DNA of 52,266 bases from a candidate division FCPU426 bacterium (GTDB lineage: Bacteria > Oederibacteriota > Muellerivitia > Muellerivitales > Muellerivitaceae): NCBI GenBank assembly GCA_963830915.1, contig CAWHOE010000058.1:1-52266 (forward strand), written 5' to 3'. The translations under genes were made by a program, and so were the position numbers. Below the pieces are notes generated by a model that was given only the letters and a program-made list of their open reading frames with translations, was not told the origin of the DNA and did not search any database. Positions 31,563 through 41,635 of this stretch are shown piece after piece. Position 1 is the first letter of the stretch. Every line of letters starts with the position of its first letter.

Positions 31563-32768
31563 ATGATCTTTAACACCAGTTGGTTCCTTTTATTTTTCCT
31601 GGCCTTTTATTTCTTCCTTTGGCTCATGCCCACGGCCCGAATCCGTCTTTATTACACGCTTGCCTGCAGCGCGGTTTTCCATTACCACTTCGCCGGACCG
31701 GCCGGGGTCAAGCCCATCATCGTCATGGCGGTCATCACCTATTTCCTGGCCATCGTGATCGCCCGAAGCCCCCAGGACAGTAGCAAGAAAAAATGGTTAT
31801 ACCGTGTGGCGCTATTGGTGCCCATCACAGGGCTATTGTTCTATAAATACCGGGCCCTGCTATTGGGGTCGATCGGTTCCAGCCTGGGAGGATCGGTGGG
31901 CGAGTGGTTCACGGCGAACGCTATCCAACCCGCCATGCCGCTGGCCATTTCCTTTTTCACCTTCGAGTTCGTGCATTACCTGACGGATGTCTACCACGGC
32001 CATGGGGAGCCGGTCAAAAACCCGGTCAAATTCGGGATCTTTTGCATCTTTTTCCCGTCGATCGTTTCAGGACCCATCAAAAGGTTCCAACCTTTCCTGG
32101 CCCAATTGGAGAACGGCCTGGAACGACCGGCCGCGAAGAAGGCCCTTCTGGGGCTGGCCCAGGTACTGATGGGATTTTTCAAGAAGCTCGTGATTGCGGA
32201 CAACGCCACCATGCTCATCCATCTCCTGGAAAAGCGCACCGACCTGACCTTCGGACCGGTCTGCCTGCTGATGACGCTCCTTTCCATCCGTATCTTGTTC
32301 GACTTCAGCGGTTATTCGGATATCGCCATCGGGTTGGGCAAGATGATCGGCCTGGATCTGCCGGTCAATTTCAATTTCCCCTATATATCCAGGAATATCA
32401 CCGAGTTCTGGCGCCGTTGGCACATGTCGCTCAGCAGTTGGATCCGGGATTACATCTATATTTCCATGGGAGGCAATCGGCACGGAAATTTAAGGAAATT
32501 CCTGAACCTGATGGTCACCATGTTCGTCTGCGGTCTCTGGCACGGGGCCAGCTGGCATTTCGGGATCTGGGGCTTATACCATGGGCTTGGGCAAGTCCTG
32601 CATAACCTATGGGAAAAGACAAGTATTGGAAAAAAATGGGGGTCCTTCCCCGTCAGCCGTTGGGTGGGTATCGCCGCGACCAATATTTTCGTGGCCTATG
32701 GCTGGCTGTTGTTCTTCTACCCTATGGATCAAGTCGCAAAGTACACCAGGCTGTTATTCCATTTCTGA
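31563..32768 (+). CDS. MBOAT O-acyltransferase 1 (DltB/AlgI-like), without a C-terminal Tyr motif
   Basis: PLAISFFTFE, FFPSIVSGPI, KKLVIADN, FDFSGYSDIA, NFNFPY, FWRRWHMSLSSWIRDYIY, GLWHGA. Confidence 0.93.
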   Translation: MIFNTSWFLLFFLAFYFFLWLMPTARIRLYYTLACSAVFHYHFAGPAGVKPIIVMAVITYFLAIVIARSPQDSSKKKWLYRVALLVPITGLLFYKYRALLLGSIGSSLGGSVGEWFTANAIQPAMPLAISFFTFEFVHYLTDVYHGHGEPVKNPVKFGIFCIFFPSIVSGPIKRFQPFLAQLENGLERPAAKKALLGLAQVLMGFFKKLVIADNATMLIHLLEKRTDLTFGPVCLLMTLLSIRILFDFSGYSDIAIGLGKMIGLDLPVNFNFPYISRNITEFWRRWHMSLSSWIRDYIYISMGGNRHGNLRKFLNLMVTMFVCGLWHGASWHFGIWGLYHGLGQVLHNLWEKTSIGKKWGSFPVSRWVGIAATNIFVAYGWLLFFYPMDQVAKYTRLLFHF

Positions 32769-32776
32769 GGTTATCC

Positions 32777-34789
32777 ATGGAACCCACTAATAAGTCACTC
32801 TGGTTCCGGTCATATTCCGCCATCCTGTCGATCATAATCTTGTTATTTTTCCCGATACGAAATGTCCTCGGTGTATCCCCCATGGATTATTTCAATAATT
32901 TAGTGGCCGGAGGGGATGTGGCGGGATACAAGGACGGGGCTTTTTATGAAGCCCGATTCGATCACCCCTCGGGCCTGGTCTTCGATGATAAAGGGGAAAG
33001 ACTTTTCGTTTCCGATACGGGGAACCAACGTATCCGGGTGGTTTACCTGGAAGAAGATAACAAGGTAGAAACGGTGGCGGGATTGGGAACGATCGGGCAA
33101 GCCGATGGAATCCTGGAAAAGGCTTCTTTTAACGCCCCGACCGCTATCGCCTATCTGCCGAATGACCGGTTGGTCGTTTACGATTCGGGGGACAAGCTTC
33201 TAAGGCTGGTGGACATTCCGGCCAAAGCGGTCACAACCCTGACTTTCCAGTCGCCGGATGGAAAGACCACCCCGGCGCTTTTAGGGGCCATCTGGAACCT
33301 GGTTTACCGCCCCGCGGACGATTGTCTTTATTTCACCGAACCAGATGGGAAATGTTTGCAGAAGCTGGACATGAAAACCAGGATCTTATCGAATGTTTTT
33401 TTGAACGAGCCGCGGTTGCCAAAGCCCAAGGCTCTTTGTATCGACAAGAACACGCTTTATGTGGCGGATCATGACCTGCCCAACGCCTACAGCATGGTGA
33501 TCGATGATATCAATTCCAATGCCTCCAAAACGGTTTTTTCGTTCCAGGCGACCCTGCAGGGAAAGAACATCCAGGAGATGGCTTGCTCGGGGGGGATCGT
33601 ATACGGCCTATTGTCGGGGGATGTTCCGCTCGCGCGTGTTTTTCCCTTTTATCAATCGGTCAGTTTGGCCACGCCGTGGGGATTTCTGATCGACAACAAA
33701 AGCCAAAGCGCCGAGCCATTCCTAGAATTCCGGCAGGATATTCCTGTGGGGTTCGCGTTTTCACAGAGGGAAGAACGACAATTGTTCATCGCCAGTCCCA
33801 GCGGAAATATGCAAACTATCATTAATGTGAAAGATTTTCGATTCAACGATGGATGGTTGGCTGGATCCGGTGATTTTGACTATCCAAAGGAAAAACCCAA
33901 GAACACTTTTCGGATTTTAATCATGGGGGACTCTCGAATGGCCGAAGCTCCAGGTTATGTCACGAAAGCCAATCCCACTCAATCCGATATCGAGCAACCT
34001 GGCACAGTCGCCATGGATACGTTTCCAAGGCAATTAGAGGTTCTTTTGAATATGGAATCAGCCTTAAAAGGGTCGAAAATTCATTATGAGGTTCTTTTAA
34101 TCGCTCACGCAGGTCTATCCCCTGTTTTTTTCAGCAATGAGGAAGCCATCCCGATCGTTAAGCAATATGACGTGGACATGGTCATTATGCTTTGGTCCAT
34201 GCATTGGGAATACTATTTCTTCAATCCCATCACTAAAGAGGGAATCCCGCAAAACAACCCGGACCCGGAATATCACTTGAGGCCTCTTTCCGCGCGTATT
34301 CCGCCAGGTGCCCCCGCCCGTTTTTATAAACACTGTCTCGAAAAGGGATTGGTCAAGCCCAAGGACGTTTTCCCCCCGGGGATTTATTGGGATGTTCAGA
34401 AAATAATCGACCCGGATATTCGGCAGGATATGATCGAAATGATCGGGAAGCCCATTAAAATCCTGAATGATAAACTTCAAGCGATGAAAACAGGGCAGGG
34501 TGCTACGCCTAAATTGGTCGTTTTATTCACCCCCTGGAAAGTTTTTCAAGAAGACGAATATGAGACATTCTGGAAGGATCTTTGTGAGATTAACCAAATA
34601 ACATTGCTTGATCTGAGCCCGGAATTCAATGCTCTCAGGGTGAGCTTGTATCCAACGTCCCAGATTTGCTGTGGTCGTCACTACACAGCATATGGACACG
34701 CTCTGATTGCGTATTTATTATCCCATGAATTAATAGATAAAAAAATGATCCCACTCGAGACCGAACCCATTTCCCCAGAGAATAAATAA
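32777..34789 (+). CDS. Secreted NHL-propeller/SGNH fusion protein, paralog 1
   Basis: Signal-like N-terminus, then VSPMDYFNNLVAGG, NHL repeats (ARFDHPSGL, SDTGNQRIR), TFRILIMGDS, C-terminal ICCGRHY; GAGG before ATG 32777. Confidence 0.8.
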   Translation: MEPTNKSLWFRSYSAILSIIILLFFPIRNVLGVSPMDYFNNLVAGGDVAGYKDGAFYEARFDHPSGLVFDDKGERLFVSDTGNQRIRVVYLEEDNKVETVAGLGTIGQADGILEKASFNAPTAIAYLPNDRLVVYDSGDKLLRLVDIPAKAVTTLTFQSPDGKTTPALLGAIWNLVYRPADDCLYFTEPDGKCLQKLDMKTRILSNVFLNEPRLPKPKALCIDKNTLYVADHDLPNAYSMVIDDINSNASKTVFSFQATLQGKNIQEMACSGGIVYGLLSGDVPLARVFPFYQSVSLATPWGFLIDNKSQSAEPFLEFRQDIPVGFAFSQREERQLFIASPSGNMQTIINVKDFRFNDGWLAGSGDFDYPKEKPKNTFRILIMGDSRMAEAPGYVTKANPTQSDIEQPGTVAMDTFPRQLEVLLNMESALKGSKIHYEVLLIAHAGLSPVFFSNEEAIPIVKQYDVDMVIMLWSMHWEYYFFNPITKEGIPQNNPDPEYHLRPLSARIPPGAPARFYKHCLEKGLVKPKDVFPPGIYWDVQKIIDPDIRQDMIEMIGKPIKILNDKLQAMKTGQGATPKLVVLFTPWKVFQEDEYETFWKDLCEINQITLLDLSPEFNALRVSLYPTSQICCGRHYTAYGHALIAYLLSHELIDKKMIPLETEPISPENK

Positions 34790-35013
34790 ATTATTTTCCA
34801 GATTGCCTGTGAACAAATAACTAACAGAAAATATGTTATTTACTATGAGGGGAGAACAACCTTGCAAACCATTATTTGCTTTATGGGAACAACTAAATTG
34901 CTTATCTTTGAACCATTCCTTTGACAGAGAATAAATGGAATACAGGTAGACCTGACCAAGATCGTTCAGGTACTTGGGTTAAAAGCCAAAAAAGGATAAG
35001 AAGGGACTTCGAA

Positions 35014-35586
35014 ATGGTAAAAATCATTTTTGCTTTGAGTTTATTCATGGTTGGGAATAGCTCTTACGCCCAGCAAGAGACCATTACACCGACAGCGGAA
35101 ACTACTGTTTCCGACACACAAACCAAATCCGCTCCTACAGCTCAGGTTATTAAAAATTGGACAGTGGCATCAGTGCCCTGGGACGCATGGTTCGAAAAGA
35201 ATACATTAGTGACGGACAAGACCGAAGCTCCCTGGGATTACAACCCAGCAGATAGCGGCACTTATGTACCCTACGTGCATTTTTTTTGGAATGCCCAGGA
35301 TTTCAAGGTGAACTTTGAACTCAAGGATAAGAAGAACCGCCTGGCCGAGGCCGCGATCGAATTAGTGAAACGTCTTTATCCGAAAACAGCGAAAGCCGAT
35401 CTGATGAAAGTAGATATCGTGTATGTACTTGAGCGGGATAATTATGGAATGCCCAGCTGGGACAGTTTAATAAGGGTTGCTCACTTGGAGTTTTCCAGGA
35501 CGCTAGCTCTTAAACTCAGTAAGAAGAAAGAATCGCTGAATGTCAATCTGCAGAAGAAACTTTTCACCCAATTTGATATGTTTTGA
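35014..35586 (+). CDS. Secreted hypothetical protein, paralog of 48887-49408
   Basis: Signal peptide ending SSYA, Thr-rich linker, QVIKNWTVASVPWD, YVHFFW, KVDIVYVLE. Confidence 0.75.
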   Translation: MVKIIFALSLFMVGNSSYAQQETITPTAETTVSDTQTKSAPTAQVIKNWTVASVPWDAWFEKNTLVTDKTEAPWDYNPADSGTYVPYVHFFWNAQDFKVNFELKDKKNRLAEAAIELVKRLYPKTAKADLMKVDIVYVLERDNYGMPSWDSLIRVAHLEFSRTLALKLSKKKESLNVNLQKKLFTQFDMF

Positions 35587-35621
35587 ATTTATTCAAGAGA
35601 GGTAAATTAAATGAGGGTGAA

Positions 35622-37616
35622 ATGAAAATTTCTTTCATTGGCTTGCTCGGCTCACTATCCCTCATACTATTTCTATTCTTACCTGCTTATGCCATTACTC
35701 CGATGGAGTATTACAACAGTCTGGTGGCTGGGGGAGATGACCCTGGGTTCCACGATGGGGATTTCAACTTAGCCCGGTTCAATCAACCTGGCGGCTTAGC
35801 TTTCGACAGTACAGGAGAAAGACTTTTTGTGGCCGATCCCGGTAATAATCGGATCCGGGTGGTTTATTTAAGGGAGAGGAACAGAGTTGAAACGCTTACG
35901 GGAAAAGGAGATTCGGGAAAAACAGATGGCCCGTTAAACGCGGCGACTTTCAACACGCCTACGCTTCTCACTTATTTACCTGGAGACCAACTGGCAGTGA
36001 GTGATTCCGGGAATAGCTTGATCCGGCTCATCGACCTCAAAAGCCAAAGTGTAACCACTATTGGCATTATGAGTGGAGCTTGGAACCTGGTTTATAATTC
36101 CAAGGATGACAGTCTTTATTTTTCCATCTTTGAAGGACAAGGGCTTTTCAAGATGGATTTGAAATCCAAGGAAGTCTCTACGGTTTTCAGCGCCAATCCA
36201 CTCATTCCTCATCCGGGGGCTCTTTGTGTGGATAAAGGCAAACTTTATGTGGCGGACAAAATACTTCCTACGGTCTATCAGGTGGATGTCGCAGCTACTA
36301 CGACCAACGCCCAATCTACTGTTTCCATGACGGAAGTCGGGAAGGGAAATCAGATATTAGGACTGACTGTTTCGGATGGAACGGTCTATGCCTTGCAGTT
36401 CGGGGATGTTCCTTTGGCTAAGGTGGTGCCTTCCTATAAGCCTGTTAGTTTGACTACCGCTTGGGGATTCATGCTGGATAATAACAACCATGGGACCGAG
36501 CCATTTTTTCAATTCAATAATGGACTTCCGGTCGGATTCGCGGCTTCCCCCTCAGAAGAAAGAAAATTGTATATTTCTCATCCAAATCTCACGGTTCAAT
36601 CCATTGTAAGCGTCAAGGATTACGATTTCGACCAATGGTGGACAGGCCATTCCAGCGTGGACGGGAACAGGGTCCCGACGGATTTCAATTACCCTGTAGC
36701 CAAACCACCCAAGACTTTTCGAATACTGATCACAGGGGAATCAAGGGTTTTCTGCGCGACCTCGCTCAAGATCGGCCAAAAAGCCTCCGATCCAGGCCTT
36801 AATCCATATCTGGATACGGTCCATTCCCCTTTGATAAACACCATGTCCAAAAAACTGGAGTTCATGTTGAACGCCCAGGCCGCCCTAAAAGATGTGGATA
36901 TGCATTTTGAGGTGCTCAATATGGGTGTGCACGATTCACCGAATAGCTCATGGGTTTATTATGTAGTTCCTCCTTTAGTGGAAAAATACGATGTGGATCT
37001 GGTATTGGATCTTTCGAGCCGAGCCGGTTATGAGGATTATTTCGTAAGGCCGATCACTGACCAAGGGATCCCTGCCGAGAAGGACGATCCCGAATACGCC
37101 TTAAAACCCTTTAAAAGTCGTGTCCCCTATGGGGATGCCGCCAGAATCTATGAGGCAGGCAAGCGAAAAGGTTTGATCAAGGATGACCAACCGCTGCCCT
37201 CCTGGGTGACCCTCCTGAATTGCGGAGACCCGGATATCCGCAAAGGCCTGATCGGGGTGGAGGGCAGGATATTAGAACTGCTTTCAAAAAAACTCGGTTC
37301 CATGAAAAATAAATCCGGCGGTTCCCCCAAAATGGTCGTGCTCTTCGTGCCTTCCCCAAAATATCCCGATAACGATGATTGCGAATCCTTCTTCAGGGAC
37401 CTTTGTATAGAGAAAAATTTACCCTTCATGGACTTGTCAGCACCCTTTAACGCGTTGAAAACAAGTTACTATCCCACCAACCAGTTATGTTGCATGCAAC
37501 ATTACACCACCTATGGCCACAACTTGATCTCCCTACTCTTAGCGAGGGAACTGATCAAGCGGAAATGGATACCCTTTGAGCCTTATAAAGTTTCCGACTT
37601 AAAGGGGGGGAAATGA
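35622..37616 (+). CDS. Secreted NHL-propeller/SGNH fusion protein, paralog 2
   Basis: Signal peptide ending AYA, ITPMEYYNSLVAGG, NHL repeats, TFRILITGES, LCCMQHY. Confidence 0.8.
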   Translation: MKISFIGLLGSLSLILFLFLPAYAITPMEYYNSLVAGGDDPGFHDGDFNLARFNQPGGLAFDSTGERLFVADPGNNRIRVVYLRERNRVETLTGKGDSGKTDGPLNAATFNTPTLLTYLPGDQLAVSDSGNSLIRLIDLKSQSVTTIGIMSGAWNLVYNSKDDSLYFSIFEGQGLFKMDLKSKEVSTVFSANPLIPHPGALCVDKGKLYVADKILPTVYQVDVAATTTNAQSTVSMTEVGKGNQILGLTVSDGTVYALQFGDVPLAKVVPSYKPVSLTTAWGFMLDNNNHGTEPFFQFNNGLPVGFAASPSEERKLYISHPNLTVQSIVSVKDYDFDQWWTGHSSVDGNRVPTDFNYPVAKPPKTFRILITGESRVFCATSLKIGQKASDPGLNPYLDTVHSPLINTMSKKLEFMLNAQAALKDVDMHFEVLNMGVHDSPNSSWVYYVVPPLVEKYDVDLVLDLSSRAGYEDYFVRPITDQGIPAEKDDPEYALKPFKSRVPYGDAARIYEAGKRKGLIKDDQPLPSWVTLLNCGDPDIRKGLIGVEGRILELLSKKLGSMKNKSGGSPKMVVLFVPSPKYPDNDDCESFFRDLCIEKNLPFMDLSAPFNALKTSYYPTNQLCCMQHYTTYGHNLISLLLARELIKRKWIPFEPYKVSDLKGGK

Positions 37617-39553
37617 GTAACCGTTCCAAACTTATTGTTGTTTCGTTTCTTTTTTTGATAGGACAAGTCCACGGAATCACCCCAATGGATTACTACAATA
37701 GCTTGGTGGCGGGGGGGAATGATGCGGGGTTCAAAGACGGGGCTTTCTATGAAGCCCGCTTTCGCCAACCGGCAGGACTGGCTATCGATGGGACGGGGAC
37801 AAAGTTATATGTCGCTGATAGCAACAATCATAGGATCCGGTTGGTCTATCTCAATGAAAACAACCGGGTGGAGACATTCGCGGGAACGGGCTTAATGGGC
37901 AAAGCGGACGGACCATTGGCCCAGGCCTCCTTCAATACCCCAACCTTCCTGACTTTCTTGCCGGGGGACCGATTGGCGGTGAACGATGAGGGGAACGGCC
38001 TGATCCGTATCATCGACTTAAAATCCCAAAGAGTTACCACACTGGGCGCCGCCACCGGTATTCGGTATATGGTTTATCATCCCAAAGAGGATTGTCTTTA
38101 CTTAACCCAGTTCGATGGTTCAGCCCTTTTAAAGATGGATCTCAAATCAGCCGCGATATCTGTCATTTTTATCAATAACCCTTTGGTCCCTCATCCTCAA
38201 GCCATTTGTATGGATAAGGACCAGATGTATTTAGCGGACAGGGACCTGCCCCTGGTCTACCGCGTCGAAGCTGTGGCCACAACAACCTCGGCGCAATTGC
38301 CGGTGACTTTGATCGAAGCTGGAAAAGGGGACCGGATCCTACAGATGGTAGCTTCCGAAGGAATTCTTTACGCGCTCCAATTGGGAGAAAATCCAGTGGC
38401 CCGAGTCGTCCCAAATTATAAACCGGTCAGTCTGGCAACCGCCTGGGGGTTCATGGTCGAGAACCAAAATCCGGGAGTGGAGGCTTTTCTTCAATTCAAC
38501 CAAGCCAGTCTCTCGGGGTTCGCCAGTTCCCCGGCCGAGAGCCATAAATTTTTCATCTCCTCGCCATTTACCGGGTTCAATTCCATCTATAGTGTTAAAG
38601 ATTATGACTTCGATCTTTATTGGGGTTCTTATTCCCACTTGGGAGATCCGACTATTAATTCTGATTTCAACTACCCAAAAAAGAAACCACCGAAAACATA
38701 CCGGATTCTGGTGACCGGGGATTCAAAAGCTTATTCCGCTCCCGATCTGGGGGAGGGAACGACCCATTCCCGGATGGTTTTGACCTATACCAAACAACTG
38801 GAGTTCATGTTGAATACCCAGGCGGCTTTGGACGGGGTTGATACGCATTTCGAAGTCCTGAATATGGGGCGTGGAGGCTCATCCATCTGTTCATATCTTT
38901 ATGACGACGCTCCGATCCTGATCGATAAATATGATATTGATATGGTGCTCGGGGCGGCCCACATGTCTAGTTTCATGGATTATTTCGCCAATCCCATGAG
39001 ACCATTAGGAATTCCTTCTCGGGGAATATTTCCGGAGTATCTTCTACAACCGGCGGCTTCCCGGATCCCCCCGGGAGCGCCCGAAATTCTTTATCAACGC
39101 GCTAAAGCGAAAGGGCTTCTTCAAGACGGTCTACCAATGAATGTATTCGGTTCATACCTTGGGGACGAGGCGGCGCGTAAGGCGTTAATGGAAATGGATG
39201 GAAAGTCGCTCAAATTATTCAACGAAAAACTTCAAACGATGAAAACCAAAGAGGGAACCACTCCGAAATTCCTGGCTTTTTTCGCGCCAACGCGCTTTTT
39301 TGATAATAATGATTTGGTGGAATCTTATTGGAAAGACGTTTGCTCCCAAAATGGGATATCTTTCCTCGACTTGGCCCCAGCTTATAACGCCTTAAAGACA
39401 AGCTTTTATCCGAATAATGAGGACTGTTGTTCGCGCCATTACCTATCCTATGGGAACACGCTAGTGGCTTATCTTTTAACCCAGTATATGATCGATCAGA
39501 AATGGATCCCTTATGAGGATTCTTCAACGATTATTGGACAAGCAAATAAATAA
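37613..39553 (+). CDS. Secreted NHL-propeller/SGNH fusion protein, paralog 3
   Basis: ATGA overlap with paralog 2; ITPMDYYNSLVAGG, NHL repeats, TYRILVTGDS, DCCSRHY. Confidence 0.8.
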   Translation: MSNRSKLIVVSFLFLIGQVHGITPMDYYNSLVAGGNDAGFKDGAFYEARFRQPAGLAIDGTGTKLYVADSNNHRIRLVYLNENNRVETFAGTGLMGKADGPLAQASFNTPTFLTFLPGDRLAVNDEGNGLIRIIDLKSQRVTTLGAATGIRYMVYHPKEDCLYLTQFDGSALLKMDLKSAAISVIFINNPLVPHPQAICMDKDQMYLADRDLPLVYRVEAVATTTSAQLPVTLIEAGKGDRILQMVASEGILYALQLGENPVARVVPNYKPVSLATAWGFMVENQNPGVEAFLQFNQASLSGFASSPAESHKFFISSPFTGFNSIYSVKDYDFDLYWGSYSHLGDPTINSDFNYPKKKPPKTYRILVTGDSKAYSAPDLGEGTTHSRMVLTYTKQLEFMLNTQAALDGVDTHFEVLNMGRGGSSICSYLYDDAPILIDKYDIDMVLGAAHMSSFMDYFANPMRPLGIPSRGIFPEYLLQPAASRIPPGAPEILYQRAKAKGLLQDGLPMNVFGSYLGDEAARKALMEMDGKSLKLFNEKLQTMKTKEGTTPKFLAFFAPTRFFDNNDLVESYWKDVCSQNGISFLDLAPAYNALKTSFYPNNEDCCSRHYLSYGNTLVAYLLTQYMIDQKWIPYEDSSTIIGQANK

Positions 39554-39572
39554 TTAAATATTGGGACAATGA

Positions 39573-41492
39573 TCAAAAAGGAATGATTTTATCCTCGATC
39601 AAGTAATGCTCTAAGAGGAAGGCGACCAAGTTGTTCCCATAATCGGTGAAATGGTCAACATAAACCGGACTATAGCTGGTTTTTAAAGCGTTAAATGGTT
39701 CGCTCAGGTCCAGGAATTTCAAATGATATTGCGCACAAACTCCATTCCAAAAGGACGAGCAACAATCATTGGGAAGGGCTCCCCCGGGGACAAAATAAAG
39801 CAAAAGTTGAGGAACATTACCTCCGGAAGCTTTCATGGTGTTGAGTTTTTCGTGCAACAGCTGCAATCTTCGCCCCGCCATTTCTCTTAGGTCATTTTGA
39901 ATTTTCTCGTCACCATTACAAAAGAGGCTCCAATAACCATCTCCGGGAAAATCCTGTTTTTCAGAAGTCGGGATTTTCAGTTTCTTACAACGATCGAGAA
40001 GATCCGCGGCGGCGCCAGCCGGAGCCCTTTCGGACAAAGGTTTCAGCAAATATTCGTAATCTTCAATGGTATTGGGGGGGATACCTTCGGCCGATAAGGG
40101 ACTCAAGAAGTAATCCCTGTACCCGGTTTGATCCGCCAACCCCATGACAAGATCGATGTCATATTTTTTCACAAAAGCGGGTATTTCATAATACCCATAA
40201 GAACTAATCGCGATCCCCCGATGGGTTAAATTCAAGATCTCAAAATGAACATTCGAATTTCGGAGGGCCGCTTCTGTATTTAAAAGCAATTCCAATCGTT
40301 TCGCGAAAGTGTTTACCCTTGGGGAGTCCACGGTTTCATCAACGCTCGCTTTTGGATCCAAAGGAAGGGGCACCGCGGTCGAATTTCTGGAGGTTCCAAC
40401 CGCTAATATTCGGAAAGTTCTTGGCGGTTTCTTGGCCGGATAATCGAAATCGGTCAAATGATCGCTGTTATCTTTAAATGCGGTCCACCACTTCTCAAAA
40501 TCGTAATCTTTCACACTCACAATAGAGTTTTTTGACGAAATAAAGAACTTACGCGTTTCAACAGGGGAAGCTAAAAATCCCACTGGGAGTTCCTCTGGTA
40601 TCTTGAGAAGATCAATATCCCCGTTGTGGTCTTGGTTGTTCAATAAAAAACCCCACGGAGTTGGGAAATGGACAACGATCGAGTCCGGATTCCCAATTTT
40701 GGTCAAAAGACCACCTTTCTGTAAGGCGTATAAAAAACCACCCGAAAAGGACAAGGCCAACACATCTTTGGCTTTCCCCATAGGTACAAGAGAGACCGAT
40801 GATGAGGAGGATAAATTTGAGTCATGAGAGAGCCTTATTTGATAAATAACAGGCAAATGATTATCCGCGACACAAAGAGAATCTTCATATAAACAAAGGG
40901 CCCCTGGAGAAGGCACTCGCGGATCGTTGGATATAACATCGGAGATCAACAAAGAATCCAGGTTCAGTTTTTCGATTTTCTTACTTTCCGTTTCGGAAAA
41001 ATAAAGACTATTGTCTTTATACCAATAAACCATGTTCCGAACATGGATATTTCGGGCGATGGTGGAAACTGATTTATTTTGAAGATCGATCAAGCGTATC
41101 AGGTCACTTCCGGAATCAAAAACAGCCAGTCGGTTGGCGGAAAGGGTGGTCACTAATAGAGGGATGTTAAAAGTCGCTTTTGATAAAGATCCATCCACGG
41201 AGCCAACGGAACCAGTTCCAGCGATGGTTTTAACGGTATTATTTTGATCTAGATCAATGGACCGAATGCGTTGATTGCCTGAATCAGCGACATAAATATT
41301 TTTGCCCGCGCCATCGCAAGACAAACCTAACGGGCCATTAAATCGCGCTAAGGAAAAGGGTCCATCGCGAAATCCCGGCTCATCCCCTCCCGCCACCAGA
41401 CTGTTGTAATACTCCATGGGAGTGACAGCCCGCAGGGGGGCAATGACGGCCAGGGAAAAAAGAAGGAAAGAAAAGAAACAGGTCCGTTTCAT
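39573..41492 (-). CDS. Secreted NHL-propeller/SGNH fusion protein, paralog 4 (convergent)
   Basis: GGGAGAG site, MKRTCFF signal peptide, VTPMEYYNSLVAGG, TFRILAVGTS, YVDHF. Confidence 0.8.
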   Translation of the reverse strand: MKRTCFFSFLLFSLAVIAPLRAVTPMEYYNSLVAGGDEPGFRDGPFSLARFNGPLGLSCDGAGKNIYVADSGNQRIRSIDLDQNNTVKTIAGTGSVGSVDGSLSKATFNIPLLVTTLSANRLAVFDSGSDLIRLIDLQNKSVSTIARNIHVRNMVYWYKDNSLYFSETESKKIEKLNLDSLLISDVISNDPRVPSPGALCLYEDSLCVADNHLPVIYQIRLSHDSNLSSSSSVSLVPMGKAKDVLALSFSGGFLYALQKGGLLTKIGNPDSIVVHFPTPWGFLLNNQDHNGDIDLLKIPEELPVGFLASPVETRKFFISSKNSIVSVKDYDFEKWWTAFKDNSDHLTDFDYPAKKPPRTFRILAVGTSRNSTAVPLPLDPKASVDETVDSPRVNTFAKRLELLLNTEAALRNSNVHFEILNLTHRGIAISSYGYYEIPAFVKKYDIDLVMGLADQTGYRDYFLSPLSAEGIPPNTIEDYEYLLKPLSERAPAGAAADLLDRCKKLKIPTSEKQDFPGDGYWSLFCNGDEKIQNDLREMAGRRLQLLHEKLNTMKASGGNVPQLLLYFVPGGALPNDCCSSFWNGVCAQYHLKFLDLSEPFNALKTSYSPVYVDHFTDYGNNLVAFLLEHYLIEDKIIPF

Positions 41493-41635
41493 GACACTCT
41501 CCCGATCAGTTAAGAGTATATAACACCTATTTTTCACCACCAAGGCGCCAAGGGCACCATGCCGACCCTCAAATGAACATTTTTGGAGGTCGGTATTGTA
41601 CCGATTCACCAAATAAACAAATGCGAGGGCAAGCG

